Source: Pyrinomonadaceae bacterium (GTDB lineage: Bacteria; Acidobacteriota; Blastocatellia; Pyrinomonadales; Pyrinomonadaceae). From it: DNA of 64,000 bases. How positions within the stretch are numbered: the stretch's first letter is position 1; every line of letters begins with the position of its first letter. The position numbers and the translations under genes were made by a program. Below, piece by piece: positions 52,638 through 62,146 of the stretch. The notes under the pieces are model-generated. The model saw only the letters and a program-made list of their open reading frames with translations. It searched no databases and was not told the origin of the DNA. Location of the stretch: assembly GCA_046313635.1 (NCBI GenBank), contig JBKBYA010000005.1, positions 125,483 to 189,482 of the forward strand, read 5' to 3'.

Positions 52638-53291
52638 ATGCTGTTCGGCAAATCATTGGCGATCGATGACAACGAGCTCGAGCACGTCGCGTCCGCGGCG
52701 AGGCAGGCGTCGGCACGGAGTTTTGCCGAGGTCGAGTTCATTGAAAGATTGCGGTCCGGCGAGGCGGAGGCATTCGACGAGCTCGTCACACGCTACTCGA
52801 ACGACATCTTTGCCCTGCTGTGCAGGATGACGGGCGACCCTGACGAGGCAAAAGACCTGACTCAGGACACCTTTGTAAGGGCGCTGAGAGCGATCGGCGG
52901 ATTTCGCGGCGAATCGGGTTTGAAAACATGGCTATTCCGGATCGCGGTCAACGAGTCCCGCAACCGGTTTCGCTGGTGGAAGCGGCGGCGGCGCGGGCAG
53001 ACCGTCTCGCTCGACCAGCCGATCGGTGAGAGCGAGGCTTTGATCCACGACACTATCGCCGGCGGGGGAGCAAGTCCTGAGGACGAGGCCCTCCGCCGCG
53101 AACGCGAGGCCCTGCTGCAGCGAGCTCTGCTCGCGCTGCCGGACGCGTACCGCGAGACGGTGATACTTTTTGACATTCATGGGCTGAGCTATGAGCAGAT
53201 CAGCCAGACGCTCGAGATCAGTATGGGCACCGTGAAATCGCGCATCGCCCGGGGCCGCGAAGAGCTCCGCAGGAAGCTCAAGGGCTATTGA
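52638..53291 (+). CDS. ECF RNA polymerase sigma factor
   Basis: AFDELV, DLTQDTF, LKTWLFRIAVN, LP..YRE, SYEQI...GTVKSRIARGR. Confidence 0.95.
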   Translation: MLFGKSLAIDDNELEHVASAARQASARSFAEVEFIERLRSGEAEAFDELVTRYSNDIFALLCRMTGDPDEAKDLTQDTFVRALRAIGGFRGESGLKTWLFRIAVNESRNRFRWWKRRRRGQTVSLDQPIGESEALIHDTIAGGGASPEDEALRREREALLQRALLALPDAYRETVILFDIHGLSYEQISQTLEISMGTVKSRIARGREELRRKLKGY

Positions 53292-53298
53292 AAAACTA

Positions 53299-53463
53299 AC
53301 GGACGGCTGTCTCGCCCCGGTTACTTTGAATATCTCCGGTGCCAAGCGAGAGGTCAAAGGAGGCGACGGCCAGACGCGTCGTGCGAGAGATATCTCGCAG
53401 ACCGCATCGGCCTGAGCATGTTTTCCGAGACCGGGAAACGACCGGGGTCAGAGAGCCGTTCGT
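53299..53463 (+). ncRNA. Candidate structured RNA (long rod), family not identified
   Basis: 24-nt terminal arms pair at 22/24 positions with three G-U pairs; nested helices and an apical TGCGAGA-GATA-TCTCGCA hairpin. Confidence 0.55.
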
Positions 53464-53498
53464 CCCGCAGGTGCCGGCGAGGCCCGGCGCTGAATACT

Positions 53499-54314
53499 AT
53501 GAGATGTGAAGAACTACAACTGAACCTCGCGCTTTACGACGATGATGAAGCCTTGTCCGAGGTCGAGCGCCGCCAGTTGGACGAGCATCTTCATTCATGT
53601 CCGGTCTGCCGGATGAAGCTCGCCGATACACGCGACGTGCTCCGCGATCTTCGCACGCTGCAGCGCCCTGCCTTGTCTTACGATCGGCTGGAGCAGATCC
53701 GCGTCGCCGTCGCAGCCGAGACCGGAGGTTCGAGCGTTACGGGCGGCACGCCGGCGTCGGCCGGCGGCAGCTGGACGCAGAGGTGGCTGATGCCCCTCAC
53801 GGTCGGCGGGTTTGCATCGCTGCTGATGGCGACGCTCTTGGTGAATGCCCTGTACATCAGCGGCGTGCGGCGGATAGCCTTATCGAGCGGCGGCAGTTCG
53901 ATCGATTATGTCGAAACGGCGACCAATACGATGCCCGGCTCGACGTACGCGGCAATATCCCCGTCCGAGTATGTGCGAACGCGAATGGACGTCTCCAGCG
54001 AATCGCCGAGCGTCAATCCTAACGGAGCGCTCATCGCCCTCACCCGCTCGCTGATGCGCGGCGAAATGCGCGACGACGAGGTCGTCGTGGTCGCCGAGGT
54101 TTTTGGCAACGGGCTGGCGAGGATCGACGAGATCGTCGAGCCGTCGCACGATCGCCGCGCCGTCCGCGAGCTTCAAAAGGCGCTGCAGTCCGACCCGGCC
54201 TTTGCGCCCTTTGTACCGGCGCAGCTCGACGGCCGCTCCGATTCGGTCAAGGTCATCCTCAAGCTGCAGACCGTTGACGTAAAGACCCGGGGTCCGCGAA
54301 ACCGCAAGCTCTAG
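53499..54314 (+). CDS. Zinc-binding anti-sigma factor (zf-HC2/ZAS) with one TM
   Basis: MRC...HLHSCPVC (HxxxCxxC), single TM; downstream of the ECF sigma. Confidence 0.88.
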   Translation: MRCEELQLNLALYDDDEALSEVERRQLDEHLHSCPVCRMKLADTRDVLRDLRTLQRPALSYDRLEQIRVAVAAETGGSSVTGGTPASAGGSWTQRWLMPLTVGGFASLLMATLLVNALYISGVRRIALSSGGSSIDYVETATNTMPGSTYAAISPSEYVRTRMDVSSESPSVNPNGALIALTRSLMRGEMRDDEVVVVAEVFGNGLARIDEIVEPSHDRRAVRELQKALQSDPAFAPFVPAQLDGRSDSVKVILKLQTVDVKTRGPRNRKL

Positions 54315-54383
54315 CCGCCGGCGGCGAGCTTTAATCCAACCTTGCTTTGCCCGCGAATATCAAATGTTCGCGGGCAAATTCTT

Positions 54384-55577
54384 ATGCATCTCAATCTCGA
54401 TCTTCAGTCGATCTGGAACGCCTTCAGCGGCGGAGCGGCCGCGGCCTTCGACGCTCTTGCCGACCTCATCCATGGCGACCCCGAAAACCTCAGGGACGGG
54501 ACGGAATTCGATCCGGTGAAGCTGCCGCGAGACCTCGCGGCCCATTCCGGCGTGCAGACGGAATGGTGGTACTACACGGGCCATCTATCCTCGGCGAGCG
54601 GCAGGCGATTTGGGTTTGAGCTCGTCTTTTTCAAGCGCCGGACCGATCTCGACCGGTTCGCCGTGGTTCCTCTGCGTCTGCTCGGCAATCCGATCCATTT
54701 CGCGCATTTCGCCGTCACAGACCTCGACCGGGGCACATTCAAGTACGCGCACCGCAAGAGTTCGAACGGCCGGCTCGAGTCGCCCGCCGCAGCATCCGAG
54801 GAACATCTTTATCTAAGCCTCGGAGATTGGAGCGTTCGCGAGTCGCGGGGGTCGCATCTGCTGCGCGCATCGCTCGAAGGCTGCGTTCTCGAGCTGACGC
54901 TCACGCCAGCCAAGCCGGTCGTGCTCAACGGGCGAAACGGCGTCTCCTTCAAGGACGAGGGGCAGGCGAGCCGATACTTCAGCTACACGAGAATGATCGC
55001 CGAGGGCGACATCCTGGTCGGCGGCCGAGTCGAGCGAGTCGGCGGCTCGGCGTGGATGGACCGCGAGTTCGGCACATGGGAGCCGACCGAGAATCAGAAG
55101 GGCTGGGATTGGTTCTCGATCCAGATGGACGACGACACCGAGCTGATGTGCTATCAGCTCCGGCGAGCGGACGGCAGTGTTTCGAGCTATTCAAGCGGCA
55201 GCTTTGTCGACCGCGACGGGCAGGTGACTCCGCTCGTTCACAGAGACTTTTCGATCACGCCGCTCGGCACTTGGACGAGTCCTCGTTCCGGTGCGAGCTA
55301 CCCGAGCCGCTGGCGGGTCGCGGTACCGAAACTCGGCCTCGAGCTCGACATCGAACCGGTGCTCGCCGATCAGGAACTCGACACACGCGGCACGACTATG
55401 ATCGTCTATTGGGAAGGTGCATGCGTCGTCGGCGGGAACAGAGGCGGCAAGCCGGTCGGCGGACGCGCGTATGTCGAGCTCGTCGGCTACGACCGCTCGC
55501 ACGAGCAGCCGAATCTCGCATACTTTTTGATGGGCGACCGGGTCGACCTCGTCCGGCGGATCATCGGCACAAAATAG
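54384..55577 (+). CDS. CrtC/AttH-like lipocalin-fold protein
   Basis: LPRDLAAH...TEWWYYTG, YFSYTR, WMDREF, GWDWFS, W.SP.SG..YP..W, DQEL, YWEG, YVELVGY. Confidence 0.85.
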   Translation: MHLNLDLQSIWNAFSGGAAAAFDALADLIHGDPENLRDGTEFDPVKLPRDLAAHSGVQTEWWYYTGHLSSASGRRFGFELVFFKRRTDLDRFAVVPLRLLGNPIHFAHFAVTDLDRGTFKYAHRKSSNGRLESPAAASEEHLYLSLGDWSVRESRGSHLLRASLEGCVLELTLTPAKPVVLNGRNGVSFKDEGQASRYFSYTRMIAEGDILVGGRVERVGGSAWMDREFGTWEPTENQKGWDWFSIQMDDDTELMCYQLRRADGSVSSYSSGSFVDRDGQVTPLVHRDFSITPLGTWTSPRSGASYPSRWRVAVPKLGLELDIEPVLADQELDTRGTTMIVYWEGACVVGGNRGGKPVGGRAYVELVGYDRSHEQPNLAYFLMGDRVDLVRRIIGTK

Positions 55578-55633
55578 AAACGGCGCCGAGAGATCCACAT
55601 CCGGCGCCGCTTCATTCATTTCCGCAGATCGTT

Positions 55634-57112
55634 TTAGAGCTTATCTATCTCCGCCTTTAATTTTGCCGCGAGCGCGGGGTCGAGCGTCAAAAGGCTGTTG
55701 TACTGCTCGAGTGCGGCGGCTTTGTTCCTCTTGACGGTCTGGACGATACCGAGATTGAATCTCGCTCTTGCGAAAGCAGGGTTAAGCTCGATCACTCGAG
55801 TGTACGACCCGATCGCCTTGTCCAGCTGATCGTCCGCATAATAAGCGTTAACGAACAGAGAGACCGCGTCGATCGAATCTGGGCTTTCCTGCACCATCTT
55901 TTCCATCCCCTCGACTGTGCGGTCGAATGCCCGCGCCGCCTCGGCGGCACGGCCGGCGCCCTTGTAGGCGCGGCCGAGATAGAAGTTGGTCTCGCCGTCG
56001 CCCGGCTTGAGCCTCAACGCCGAATTGCACTCGGCTATCGCCATTAGAAACTTACCCTGATCGTTATACGCGCGGCACAGGTTTGTATAGGCCATCGGCA
56101 GGTCGGGAGCGAGCTGAATGCCGGCCTTCGCCGCGGCGACCGCGTCGTCAGTGCGGTTTTCGAGGCTGTAAAAAAAGCTCGCGTCGGTGTACAGCTCGCC
56201 GGCCACGCGCCGCAGTCTCGCGACCTCGTCCTTTGAATTAGGATCGGACGCCAGCTCGCCGATCCTCTTATTGACCTCTGAGATCGCCCGCCGCGTCGAG
56301 GCCAGCGCTTCCGTCACTTTGCCCTGCGAACGGTAGATCTCTGATATCTCGCGATAGAGCTCGTACGAGGCCGGCCTCGCCGTGATCGCACGCTGGTAAG
56401 CCTCGATCGCCTCGTCATACCGCTTCATTCGCCGCAGACCGTCGGCGACGATGGCATAGGCCTCGGCGGCGTTTGCCGAACCGTTCGAGACGGCATTTCG
56501 CGCGGCTTCGACCGACTCGGGCCAGCGCCCGGCCTTGCGATGGATCTGGGCGATCTTAAAGTAGATCTCGCCCCGATTCACAGCATTGGGCAGGACGCGC
56601 TGGTAGACGTCCAGCGCGCCGGCGTGATCGCCGCGGGCAAACAGTACATCGCCGAGGGCGAGCTGAAGGTCGCGGTTGGTCGGCGAGATCGTCAGGCCGC
56701 TCCGGACGTCTGCCAGTGCCGCTTCGTAATTCCCCTTCTGCAGATGAATATTCCAACGGAAGAGATACACGTCGAGCGGCCTCTTAAAACCCTTTTGCAG
56801 CGCCGCGTCAAACTCGGCCAGCGCTTCGTCGGCCTGCTTGAGATAGGCGTGGGCCGCGCCTTTCCAAAAATGGGTTTCCGCGTTCTGCGGATCGGCCTGC
56901 AGCGAGAGAGCGTAGCCCTCGATCGCCGCCTGGTAATTCTTCAGCCGGAAATTGCGGTCCGCCGACTCTCTCAGGTCGCGGGCCCGCCGCTGGTCGCGGC
57001 GATCCTGGCCGTCAGACACGCCGGTGCAAAGCATCATCAGCACGACGATGGCGACGGCGGCAAACGCTCTGTGAATTTTCCTTGTTCTCATAACAAGCAG
57101 ATCTGAGGTCAC
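55634..57112 (-). CDS. Exported multi-TPR protein
   Basis: Signal-like N-terminus and about ten TPR repeats; 4-bp overlap with the kinase stop (alternative start 57091). Confidence 0.85.
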   Translation of the reverse strand: MTSDLLVMRTRKIHRAFAAVAIVVLMMLCTGVSDGQDRRDQRRARDLRESADRNFRLKNYQAAIEGYALSLQADPQNAETHFWKGAAHAYLKQADEALAEFDAALQKGFKRPLDVYLFRWNIHLQKGNYEAALADVRSGLTISPTNRDLQLALGDVLFARGDHAGALDVYQRVLPNAVNRGEIYFKIAQIHRKAGRWPESVEAARNAVSNGSANAAEAYAIVADGLRRMKRYDEAIEAYQRAITARPASYELYREISEIYRSQGKVTEALASTRRAISEVNKRIGELASDPNSKDEVARLRRVAGELYTDASFFYSLENRTDDAVAAAKAGIQLAPDLPMAYTNLCRAYNDQGKFLMAIAECNSALRLKPGDGETNFYLGRAYKGAGRAAEAARAFDRTVEGMEKMVQESPDSIDAVSLFVNAYYADDQLDKAIGSYTRVIELNPAFARARFNLGIVQTVKRNKAAALEQYNSLLTLDPALAAKLKAEIDKL

Positions 57113-58920
57113 TGCACAATGTCGGGCCGGCTGGTCACCGGCTTGGGTTTGCCCGCGGGTTTCGATGCGGGAGTTCCCGGCCTGGCAGCGGTACTTCGAC
57201 GCGGCGTCGCGGCGCTGGCCGGGCTTTCGACATTTGCGTCTGCGTCGGTCGCGGCCGTCTCCCCCGCAGCGTCTGTCGACGTGTTGGCGGGAACGCTATT
57301 TGACGGCACGAGGGTTTCGACGACCGGCGGCGTCTCGGTGTTTGCGTTCTCTCCGGTCGCTGCCGCATCGGAGGGCGGCGGTATGACCGCCTCGATCGTC
57401 GGCATCGGTGTGGGCTCGGGCGGCGCAGTTGCGGCTGAATTCAGGTTCCGGTAGACATACCAGCCGGCCACGCCCGCGGCCGCCGAGACTACCAAAAGGA
57501 TCCCGATAATACCGATGGCAAGCGGCGCACGCGAACGCTTTTGCGTCGCCTTTGCTCGTCCCTGCGCGGGGGTCGGCGGTTCGGCTTCGTTTACACGCGT
57601 GACCGGCGCCGCAGGCGCGGGAGGCACGCTCTCCGCCGGTGCGGCGCCGTACAGGTCCGTCGCCGCCGGAGCGGTCTCAAGCCGCGCCGCGGGCGGGGCC
57701 GTGCCGACTGCGCCCCCGGCGGCGAGGCCGACCGGGTGCGCGGCGGCTTGCGGGTCCACGATGTCCGCAAGCGGGATCTGGCCAGCCTGATATACCTCGG
57801 TCTTTATATCCGACTGCCGTATCGGACTCTCCGCGACCGGCTCGGTATAACGGATCGTCGCGTCAAACTCAGGAGACGGAGGAGCCGGGTCTGGGATCGT
57901 CACGGGACGCGGCGAATCTCCGCCCCGTATCCTTGTCGCCTCTTCGCCGGACATCGAAACATGCGACGACGCTCCGCTGACGCCGCGCGACGGCTCGGCT
58001 GCGACCGGGCGAAGGTCGGCCGAGCTCAACGACGCGACCTCTTTTGGCGCGGCGGCTTCACCGGCCTGTGTGTAGGCCTTTCGAAGCGCCCGCTGCATCT
58101 CTTTCGCGTTGGCAAAGCGCCTCTCCTGGCTCACCTCCATTCCGTGCAGGATCACCTCTGAGACGGCGGTGGAGACCTCCGGATTGAGTACGTCGATCGG
58201 CACGATCGGATCCTGACTGCCGTTCAGCAGTGCGTCGGCACGCGTCAACGCGTCCGGCGGAACTACATTCGTCAACAGCTGATAGAGCGTTGCCGAAAGC
58301 GAGTAAAGGTCGCTTCTAGGGCTCGTGCCGGTACCCCGGATCTGTTCCATCGGCGCGTAATGCGGCGTGTAGCCGACCACGCTGCCCGTCGAGCCCGAGC
58401 TGCTGCCGGACGAAACACGCGACTGTCCGGTCGAGTTCTTTGCCAGCCCGAAGTCGAGCAGAACGATGTGATTCTCGTCCGTCAGCTTCAGATTTTGAGG
58501 CTTGATGTCGCGATGGATGATCGGCGGCTCGTGCGAGTGCAGATATGCAAGAGCGTCCAGAAGCTGGTCGGCCCAGTAGAGCACCCAGTTTACGGGAAAC
58601 GGCTTCTGCGCGGCCTCGAGGCGCTTGCAGAGGTCGTCGCCGGCGATGTGCTCCATCACAAGGTACTGCTCGCCGCCCTCGAGAAAGTGGTCGCTGACCT
58701 TCGGCAGCACCGGATGACGCAGCCTCGCGAGCGTGCGGGCCTCTCGCTCAAAGGCCCCGCCGAGCATCTCGTCGTCGGCAAAAAAAGTGCGCTTGAGCGC
58801 CACGGCGCTCCCGAGCCGCTGGTCGACGGCAAGATAGACCTCGCCCATCCCGCCCTTCCCGATCAGGTGGACAATAAGGTACCTATTTTGGATCAGCGAA
58901 TTCGGAGCTAGAGATTTCAT
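57109..58920 (-). CDS. Hanks-type Ser/Thr protein kinase with one TM
   Basis: IGKGGMGEVY, VALK, HRDIKPQN, DFG, TPHYAPME, SDLYSL; Pro/Ala linker, TM, disordered tail. Confidence 0.95.
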   Translation of the reverse strand: MKSLAPNSLIQNRYLIVHLIGKGGMGEVYLAVDQRLGSAVALKRTFFADDEMLGGAFEREARTLARLRHPVLPKVSDHFLEGGEQYLVMEHIAGDDLCKRLEAAQKPFPVNWVLYWADQLLDALAYLHSHEPPIIHRDIKPQNLKLTDENHIVLLDFGLAKNSTGQSRVSSGSSSGSTGSVVGYTPHYAPMEQIRGTGTSPRSDLYSLSATLYQLLTNVVPPDALTRADALLNGSQDPIVPIDVLNPEVSTAVSEVILHGMEVSQERRFANAKEMQRALRKAYTQAGEAAAPKEVASLSSADLRPVAAEPSRGVSGASSHVSMSGEEATRIRGGDSPRPVTIPDPAPPSPEFDATIRYTEPVAESPIRQSDIKTEVYQAGQIPLADIVDPQAAAHPVGLAAGGAVGTAPPAARLETAPAATDLYGAAPAESVPPAPAAPVTRVNEAEPPTPAQGRAKATQKRSRAPLAIGIIGILLVVSAAAGVAGWYVYRNLNSAATAPPEPTPMPTIEAVIPPPSDAAATGENANTETPPVVETLVPSNSVPANTSTDAAGETAATDADANVESPASAATPRRSTAARPGTPASKPAGKPKPVTSRPDIVQ

Positions 58921-59001
58921 TATTTTTTGTTCCTTGGGAGAGCGCCGCGTGATTATTCTCGATTAAATGAGATGAAACATCAACACCTGCGGGATGTCGT
59001 G

Positions 59002-59481
59002 TCAGCGAGCGGGAGTCCGAGGGTTTTCGGCCGCCGGGCGGCCCACGTGCTGCCAACAGCGATCGCCGCGATTCTTGACGCGGCGTGTACACGGCGTGTT
59101 CTTTTTGGTCGTCGCGCCGCAGTAATAGACCGCTTTATCCTGAGGCATGGCAGCCGCAGGTGGGACGGTGACCGCAGCGGCAGCCGGCGGATCGCTCTGA
59201 GGCGCTGCCGCGGCGGGCCGCGGATCGGGCCGGTCGGCGAGCCGGGCGCTTACGGCGTGAGCGTTAGCCGGCGGGCTGCCGGAGGGCGGCGTTCTAAGGT
59301 AACTTGCGATACCGAGCAGCCCGAGAAAGGCGATGACCGAAACGGCGAGTTTAGGCGCGGCGTCAAAGATCCAGTAATCGGTCTCGCACAGCTCGCAGAA
59401 GCGTTTTGCCGACCAGATCGGCCAATGAATGCGTTCGATCTTTTCGCCGCAGTTGCAGCAGAAGTTTGGGGTATAACGCAT
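59002..59481 (-). CDS. Small membrane protein with two Cys-rich zinc-binding modules
   Basis: CCNC...CELC, TM, then CGATTKKNTPCTRRVKNRGDRCWQH. Confidence 0.72.
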   Translation of the reverse strand: MRYTPNFCCNCGEKIERIHWPIWSAKRFCELCETDYWIFDAAPKLAVSVIAFLGLLGIASYLRTPPSGSPPANAHAVSARLADRPDPRPAAAAPQSDPPAAAAVTVPPAAAMPQDKAVYYCGATTKKNTPCTRRVKNRGDRCWQHVGRPAAENPRTPAR

Positions 59482-59646
59482 CGGTCTGCCTTTGTCTGCG
59501 ATCGCATTTAACGCGGCGCAGCGATCGATCGGACGGTGGAGGTGCGAGCAGATTATATTTCATAAGTGTTAGAATGTTAAGGCTTTTTTGAGCTGGGACG
59601 GATGCAACCGGACCGCCGCGGCGGGCGTCTGAATACCGTATCGAGT

Positions 59647-60636
59647 ATGCCAATATCCAAGATCCTGTTTCTTTTTGCACTCATCGCCGCCGCCGCCTCG
59701 CTCGCTTCGGCGCAAGATGACGACCCGGTCAAGATCGACACGTCGATCGTGAGACTGAACGTGGGCGTCGTCGACAAGCGCGGCCGGCCGATCACGACAT
59801 TGACGCGATCTAATTTTTCGGTATTTGAGAATGGCGTCAAGCAGGACATCTCAAGGTTTGAGCCGACCGCCGCTCCCTTCAGCCTGGTGATTGTCCTCGA
59901 TATGAGCGGCTCGACGCTGTCGATGCGGCAGGTGATGAAGCAGTCCGCGTTTCGCTTCATTGACGCTCTCTCGCCGGAAGACCGGATCGCGGTCGTGGAG
60001 TTTTACGACAAGATAAATCTTCGGAACGATTTCACGACCGACCGGCGGACGATCGCAAACTCGATCGAGGTCTCGAATGGCCGCGGCAAGACGCAGTTTT
60101 ACAAGGCTCTCGATTTTGCTTTGAACAAATTGGCCGGCGAGGGCAGCCGTCGAAAAGCGGTCATCGTCCTCTCCGACGGTGTCGATACTACCGTCCGCGA
60201 TGCCGACCGCGAGTTTCTCTCAAAGCTGCCGGAAGCGTCGGTCCCCGGCGCGATAAAGCCGGAGGACAGTGCCCTGCTTCAACGCATTCTGAACAAGGCG
60301 GACGCTCTGGGTGCGACGATCTATCCGCTTGCGCTGCCGACCGGCGATCCGGCCAAGCTCGCCGATCCGACGCCGCGGCAGATCGAGATGTACAAGGCCT
60401 CTCGTGCACGGCTGCAAATGGTCGCCGACCGCACCGGCGGGACGCTGCACAAGATCAATCGGCTCGAAGAGATGGGTACGCTCTACGCCCAGGTCGCGGC
60501 GGAGCTGCGGACGCTCTACACAATCGAGTATCAGCCGCAGAACTTAAAACGCGACGGGGCGTGGCGAACGATACGCATCGAGGTCGATGACCCGGAATTG
60601 CTCGCCCGTACGCGTCAGGGGTACTTCGCGCGTTGA
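59647..60636 (+). CDS. VWA-domain protein, acidobacterial type
   Basis: Signal peptide, MIDAS DMSGS, LSDG, TGG, ELRTLYTIEY, RQGYFA. Confidence 0.88.
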   Translation: MPISKILFLFALIAAAASLASAQDDDPVKIDTSIVRLNVGVVDKRGRPITTLTRSNFSVFENGVKQDISRFEPTAAPFSLVIVLDMSGSTLSMRQVMKQSAFRFIDALSPEDRIAVVEFYDKINLRNDFTTDRRTIANSIEVSNGRGKTQFYKALDFALNKLAGEGSRRKAVIVLSDGVDTTVRDADREFLSKLPEASVPGAIKPEDSALLQRILNKADALGATIYPLALPTGDPAKLADPTPRQIEMYKASRARLQMVADRTGGTLHKINRLEEMGTLYAQVAAELRTLYTIEYQPQNLKRDGAWRTIRIEVDDPELLARTRQGYFAR

Positions 60637-60661
60637 CCGGTACAGCCGACACTGTCGATGC

Positions 60662-60690
60662 TTGACACTAAAATGTCGAATCGCTAGTCT
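60662..60690 (+). promoter_or_regulatory. Sigma70 promoter of the tRNA gene
   Basis: TTGACA-N17-TAGTCT. Confidence 0.7.
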
Positions 60691-60705
60691 AATTCTTCGC
60701 CTTGG

Positions 60706-60782
60706 GCACCCGTAGCTCAGCTGGATAGAGTGCTTGACTACGAATCAAGAGGTCGCATGTTCGAATCATGCCGGGTGTACCA
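60706..60782 (+). tRNA. tRNA-Arg (anticodon ACG)
   Basis: Acceptor GCACCCG/CGGGTGT, D arm, anticodon arm CTTGA-CTACGAA-TCAAG, TTCGAAT T loop, encoded CCA; 77 nt. Confidence 0.97.
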
Positions 60783-60792
60783 CCTTAATCTG

Positions 60793-60823
60793 AAAAAAGG
60801 TCGCCGGAAACGGCGGCCTTTTT
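60793..60823. terminator. Bidirectional terminator after the tRNA
   Basis: AAAAAGGTCGCCG-gaaa-CGGCGGCCTTTTT. Confidence 0.75.
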
Positions 60824-60928
60824 GCGTTTGGATCTGTCGAGCGACCATGTTCCGCCTGCTCCGTCCCTGCGGTGAGAAAAGACGGCCGGAACGTGCGGTC
60901 GTATTTGCAGACGAGCTCGGGGCGAGAG

Positions 60929-61849
60929 CTAATGCTGCAGAGACCCCTCCGTGGTCGAAGTATTCTCGCGATACTCGACGTCGACCGACGCCTTTCGATA
61001 ATTGCTGAAGGCAAACTCGAGCTCGATCTCGTCGTAGATCTCAGGGTGACCAGCGAAATTGAGCCGCGCAACCGACGGGAACCAGTACCGGCCGGAAACG
61101 AGCGTTTGCTCAAAGCGGAGCACGGCCGATGCCGCACGCTCGTCGTAAGCTGCGGCCCGCACGGCGTCGAAACTCCCTGCCGGATACCCCTCGACGCGAA
61201 AGATCCGGCGCGTCGCGTTATCGATCCAGATCTGCCCTTGGATCTTCGAGAGATAGCGAAGGTGCGGCTCGAGCGTCGCGTCCTGAGCGGGGGCAAAGAC
61301 GACGACCGTGACCGGCCGTCCGTTCCACTGCGCCTGCTCCGAGCTTGCCGGCCGGATGCTGCGAAGGAGAGAAAGGATGTCGAAACGCACCTTTTGCTCG
61401 TTCGCCCCAAACGCGATGGACCAATACCCTCCGTCGTCGGCCGGACCCTCCGAGACCTTGCCGCTTTCGCCCTCGGTCTCAAGCCGCAGGAGTCGTGCGG
61501 CCGCCTCCTCGCGTTCGCGCTGGATGTATGCGGTCGACAGTTCATACTCGCTGTCGCTTATCAGGATCAGCGGATGGGCGATGTTGCGCTCGCGCGCCAG
61601 CCGCGACGGCAAGATCGCCTCGTATATTCTCGTGAATTTGCGTCCGCCGAATTTGTGCCTTTTGTAATAAACGCGCAGCTGGTACGAGTACTCGAGCACC
61701 GCTCCACGCTGCGTGTCGACCGAGGCGTCGGCAAGCAGCTTCGCGAGATCGGCCGACTGCCCGACGGCCGGCAACGCGGTCAAAGTCAAGATCGAGGTTA
61801 CGGCGAACAGAAGGCATATATGCACCGTGATCCGTTTTGTCTGTTCCAT
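60929..61849 (-). CDS. Exported beta-rich hypothetical protein
   Basis: Signal-like N-terminus; GQIWID...RVEG, FEQ....YWFP and FSNY pattern reminiscent of LolA-like folds; start uncertain. Confidence 0.68.
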   Translation of the reverse strand: MEQTKRITVHICLLFAVTSILTLTALPAVGQSADLAKLLADASVDTQRGAVLEYSYQLRVYYKRHKFGGRKFTRIYEAILPSRLARERNIAHPLILISDSEYELSTAYIQREREEAAARLLRLETEGESGKVSEGPADDGGYWSIAFGANEQKVRFDILSLLRSIRPASSEQAQWNGRPVTVVVFAPAQDATLEPHLRYLSKIQGQIWIDNATRRIFRVEGYPAGSFDAVRAAAYDERAASAVLRFEQTLVSGRYWFPSVARLNFAGHPEIYDEIELEFAFSNYRKASVDVEYRENTSTTEGSLQH

Positions 61850-62146
61850 TTTTCTTGCTTCGCTACCGCCGAAGCGGCGCAAAAGGCGGCCGCTCGCGGA
61901 CGTCCGCCGCGGCCGGCGCGGCGGCGGCTCACAAGCTTTTACGCGTAAATTCATCGCCGGTCGTGTCGGCCGTGCAGCGTCGGTCTGCTGACGTTCTCAC
62001 GAGGCGCGTAGGGCGGCAGTCGTGCGGTACAATGGCGTGCGAAATAATATCTTCGGTAACCGTGCGTCTAGGGCGTGCGTATAACTGGCGAGGCAACTTG
62101 CTTTCGGCAGATCAAAATCTAACCCGCGGAGGACCTCAGACCTAAA

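Noticed and set aside
60706..61849. tRNA-Arg as an integration site for an island
   Set aside because: No integrase, no duplicated tRNA 3' end and no compositional shift nearby.
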